From the NCBI GenBank assembly GCA_963708335.1, contig OY970205.1:1756676-1820675 (forward strand): DNA of 64,000 nucleotides, written 5' to 3'. Under the pieces are notes generated by a model that saw only the letters and a program-made list of their open reading frames with translations, searched no databases and had not been told where the DNA came from. This DNA comes from an uncultured Acidobacteriaceae bacterium. Lineage in GTDB: Bacteria; Acidobacteriota; Terriglobia; Terriglobales; Acidobacteriaceae. Of the stretch, positions 62,271-64,000 are shown piece after piece (within the stretch, counting starts at the first letter, position 1; each line of letters begins with the position of its first letter). A program made the position numbers and the translations under genes.

Positions 62271-64000
62271 CGTAAGAGTCTCCTAGTGAGATCTAAGAAT
62301 CCAAACCTGCTCGTGTTTGTGGATGCGGTCTCTTGAGCATCGTTATTGAACCGAGTTGGCGCGCCCCGAAACCGAGCCAGAGTCGAGTTCTTCTGCGCAG
62401 TTTCTGGTTCTGGTAAGGACGGGTCGAAAAGATAAATGCTGCTCGCGAAAACCGGTCCCACGCGGATGTCTCTGTGAGACATGCCAGAACTTTTCAAAAC
62501 ATCGAAGTAGCGTTGCGTCTCAAAAAAGCGGCGAGATGGCTCGAGAATAACCAGATCTCCGTTCCGGGGCGCATAATCGGCATCGTAAAGCGGCACAATT
62601 TGAATGTCGGTGCGTCCGCAGGTCTTAAGGTAATAAGCCATGCTCATTGGTCTTGCGGTCGCCACCCTGGTAACGCCGGGGTCGAACCGACACACCTGCT
62701 GCGCCACCTCCCGCGTGTCGAACTCCGACACCTCATCGGGTGCAAAATAGCGTGTGACGTTCCGTGTGCCTCCGCCGATTGAATTCAGGTAGAAGGAGTA
62801 GTACGGCGCCCAAGCCTGAAGCTCGGCAAGGGGCCATCCAATCAAAATGACTGCGGCCGTTCCCACGAAGGCTGGTGACCAAGCTTTTCCTTTCACGCGT
62901 TTCCAAATCTCTTGCACCGCATATCCGCCGGCCAGGTAAACAAAAGGGAGCATCGGAAGTGAATAGCGAATCCACTTTGCTCCGCTTAGAGATAGCCCAA
63001 CGAACTGAACCATTCCAAACGACAGGAAAAAGCACGACGCGAGTGTGCGGCGATCTCGCAAGAGCAGCGCGCTCCCAATTATAACGGCCGCCAGAATTGG
63101 AATTGGTGTCTTTACCAGCACCAGCCAGACATAGTAGAACCACGGAACTCCGGCCAGCAGGCGCCCGGGAAAATTCATGTACAGTGCACCGTCGAAATCA
63201 TAGCCGCTGTGCCGCACGCCATCGTGATGAAGCCAATGCAGAATCGCGGTGAAGTTGGCCGGAGACAGAACCACCGGGTTCACCAGGATGAAGGTAATGA
63301 AGAGTACGAGGAAGAATCGTTTGTAGCTGAATCGCGATGGCTCCACCGTAAGTCCATTCTTGCCCGCAAGACGCCAGGTAAGAGCGTTCAGGCCAAGAAG
63401 GTGAAGAATGTATTGCGAGCCCAAAGCCAGACCAAAGCCGATGGCACTCAGGTCGTACCATCGCCGTGCACTCTGGCCCGTATCTGCTTGTTGGGCGCGA
63501 CAATAGAAGTAAAAGGCCAGCAGAGTGAAGAAAGTGAGCGGCGTTTCCTCCTTCGTGAGTCGATTTAACGCGATTGGCAGTGGCGCAACCGCCCAGAAAA
63601 AACTCGCTGCAAAAGATCCCACAAGCCCCATCATTCGGCGGCATAAAAGAAAAAGAACTGCGGCTGCGGCTGCGCCGAACAGCACGTTGGGCATACGTAA
63701 CCAGCCCTCCGGCTTCAGCGAAGGCCAGCCATGCGCCGAGGCGACCCGGCTCCAGCGTTCCCCCACCGTCAGGCTCGCCCAAGCAAGCACTTTTGGCAAC
63801 ATCGGATGCTCGCTATTCACCCCGACAAAGTGCCCGTGTCGATACTCTTGAACGGCCGCCCATTTCGCCGACTCGTCCTCGGACAGGCTGTTGAAGTCGA
63901 CCCGGTAGACGCGAACTGCGAATGCCAGGACCGTCAGCAGAAGTACAATGGCCAGCTCCCGATACCGTCCAAGGAAACGATATTGGATCTCACTCAGCAC
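62267..64000 (-). CDS. GT39/ArnT-like membrane glycosyltransferase (N-terminus at or beyond the window edge)
   Basis: Polytopic. The early loop FNSLSEDESAKWAAVQEY...NSEHPMLPKVL is typical of PMT_2/ArnT-type enzymes, followed by a large C-terminal soluble domain. The frame is open to the last base of the window. Confidence 0.6.
   Translation of the reverse strand: MLSEIQYRFLGRYRELAIVLLLTVLAFAVRVYRVDFNSLSEDESAKWAAVQEYRHGHFVGVNSEHPMLPKVLAWASLTVGERWSRVASAHGWPSLKPEGWLRMPNVLFGAAAAAVLFLLCRRMMGLVGSFAASFFWAVAPLPIALNRLTKEETPLTFFTLLAFYFYCRAQQADTGQSARRWYDLSAIGFGLALGSQYILHLLGLNALTWRLAGKNGLTVEPSRFSYKRFFLVLFITFILVNPVVLSPANFTAILHWLHHDGVRHSGYDFDGALYMNFPGRLLAGVPWFYYVWLVLVKTPIPILAAVIIGSALLLRDRRTLASCFFLSFGMVQFVGLSLSGAKWIRYSLPMLPFVYLAGGYAVQEIWKRVKGKAWSPAFVGTAAVILIGWPLAELQAWAPYYSFYLNSIGGGTRNVTRYFAPDEVSEFDTREVAQQVCRFDPGVTRVATARPMSMAYYLKTCGRTDIQIVPLYDADYAPRNGDLVILEPSRRFFETQRYFDVLKSSGMSHRDIRVGPVFASSIYLFDPSLPEPETAQKNSTLARFRGAPTRFNNDAQETASTNTSRFGFLDLTRRLLR

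Overview
This 64-kb window reads like an Acidobacteriota (Terriglobia-type) chromosome segment. That is an inference from family content only: a TIGR03436-type VWFA protein, CarboxypepD_reg and DUF4136 proteins, and many FixJ/LuxR two-component modules. All functional calls rest on motifs read by eye. No similarity search or structure prediction was possible, and several start codons are uncertain. The window falls into three blocks.

- **Block 1 (1-30.1 kb):**
  - It opens with an AT-richer ORF tail at the left edge, a 45-nt tRNA-Pro(CGG) 3'-half fragment (398-442) and an IS481-family insertion sequence (481-1719).
  - About 27 kb dense in envelope, acid and proteotoxic-stress genes follows: 2 BON proteins, 2 HdeD-like, YfdX, PsiE-like, DUF3300, SYLF, DUF4136, Hsp20, DnaK, and a zf-UBP protein plus an ECF-like sigma factor.
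  - It also carries three two-component systems, including an MHYT kinase and a kinase with an ethylene-binding-domain-like membrane module, and an eRF1-fold protein.
  - The block ends at a second copy of the tRNA-Pro 3' half (29411-29456) next to a decayed tyrosine integrase.
- **Block 2 (30.2-49.7 kb):** two convergent redox clusters, which are the most interesting content.
  - The plus-strand cluster holds a 23-haem and a 25-haem cytochrome c, an AMIN-domain outer-membrane barrel, a secreted protein, a putative dihaem-b membrane protein and a membrane-anchored Fe-S/FAD/NAD(P) protein.
  - The minus-strand operon holds a Cyc2-like cytochrome-porin, a cupredoxin, a GltD-like NAD(P)H Fe-S flavoprotein, Rieske, split cytochrome b, an octahaem c and a monohaem c lipoprotein.
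  - Two copies of a composite CRP-like operator lie upstream of the minus-strand operon.
- **Block 3 (50.5-64 kb):** ordinary-looking genes, namely glycogen phosphorylase, phosphoketolase, a TonB-like protein, a LolA-like protein, a GT39/ArnT-like glycosyltransferase and secreted hypotheticals.

No rRNA, intact tRNA or CRISPR array was seen.
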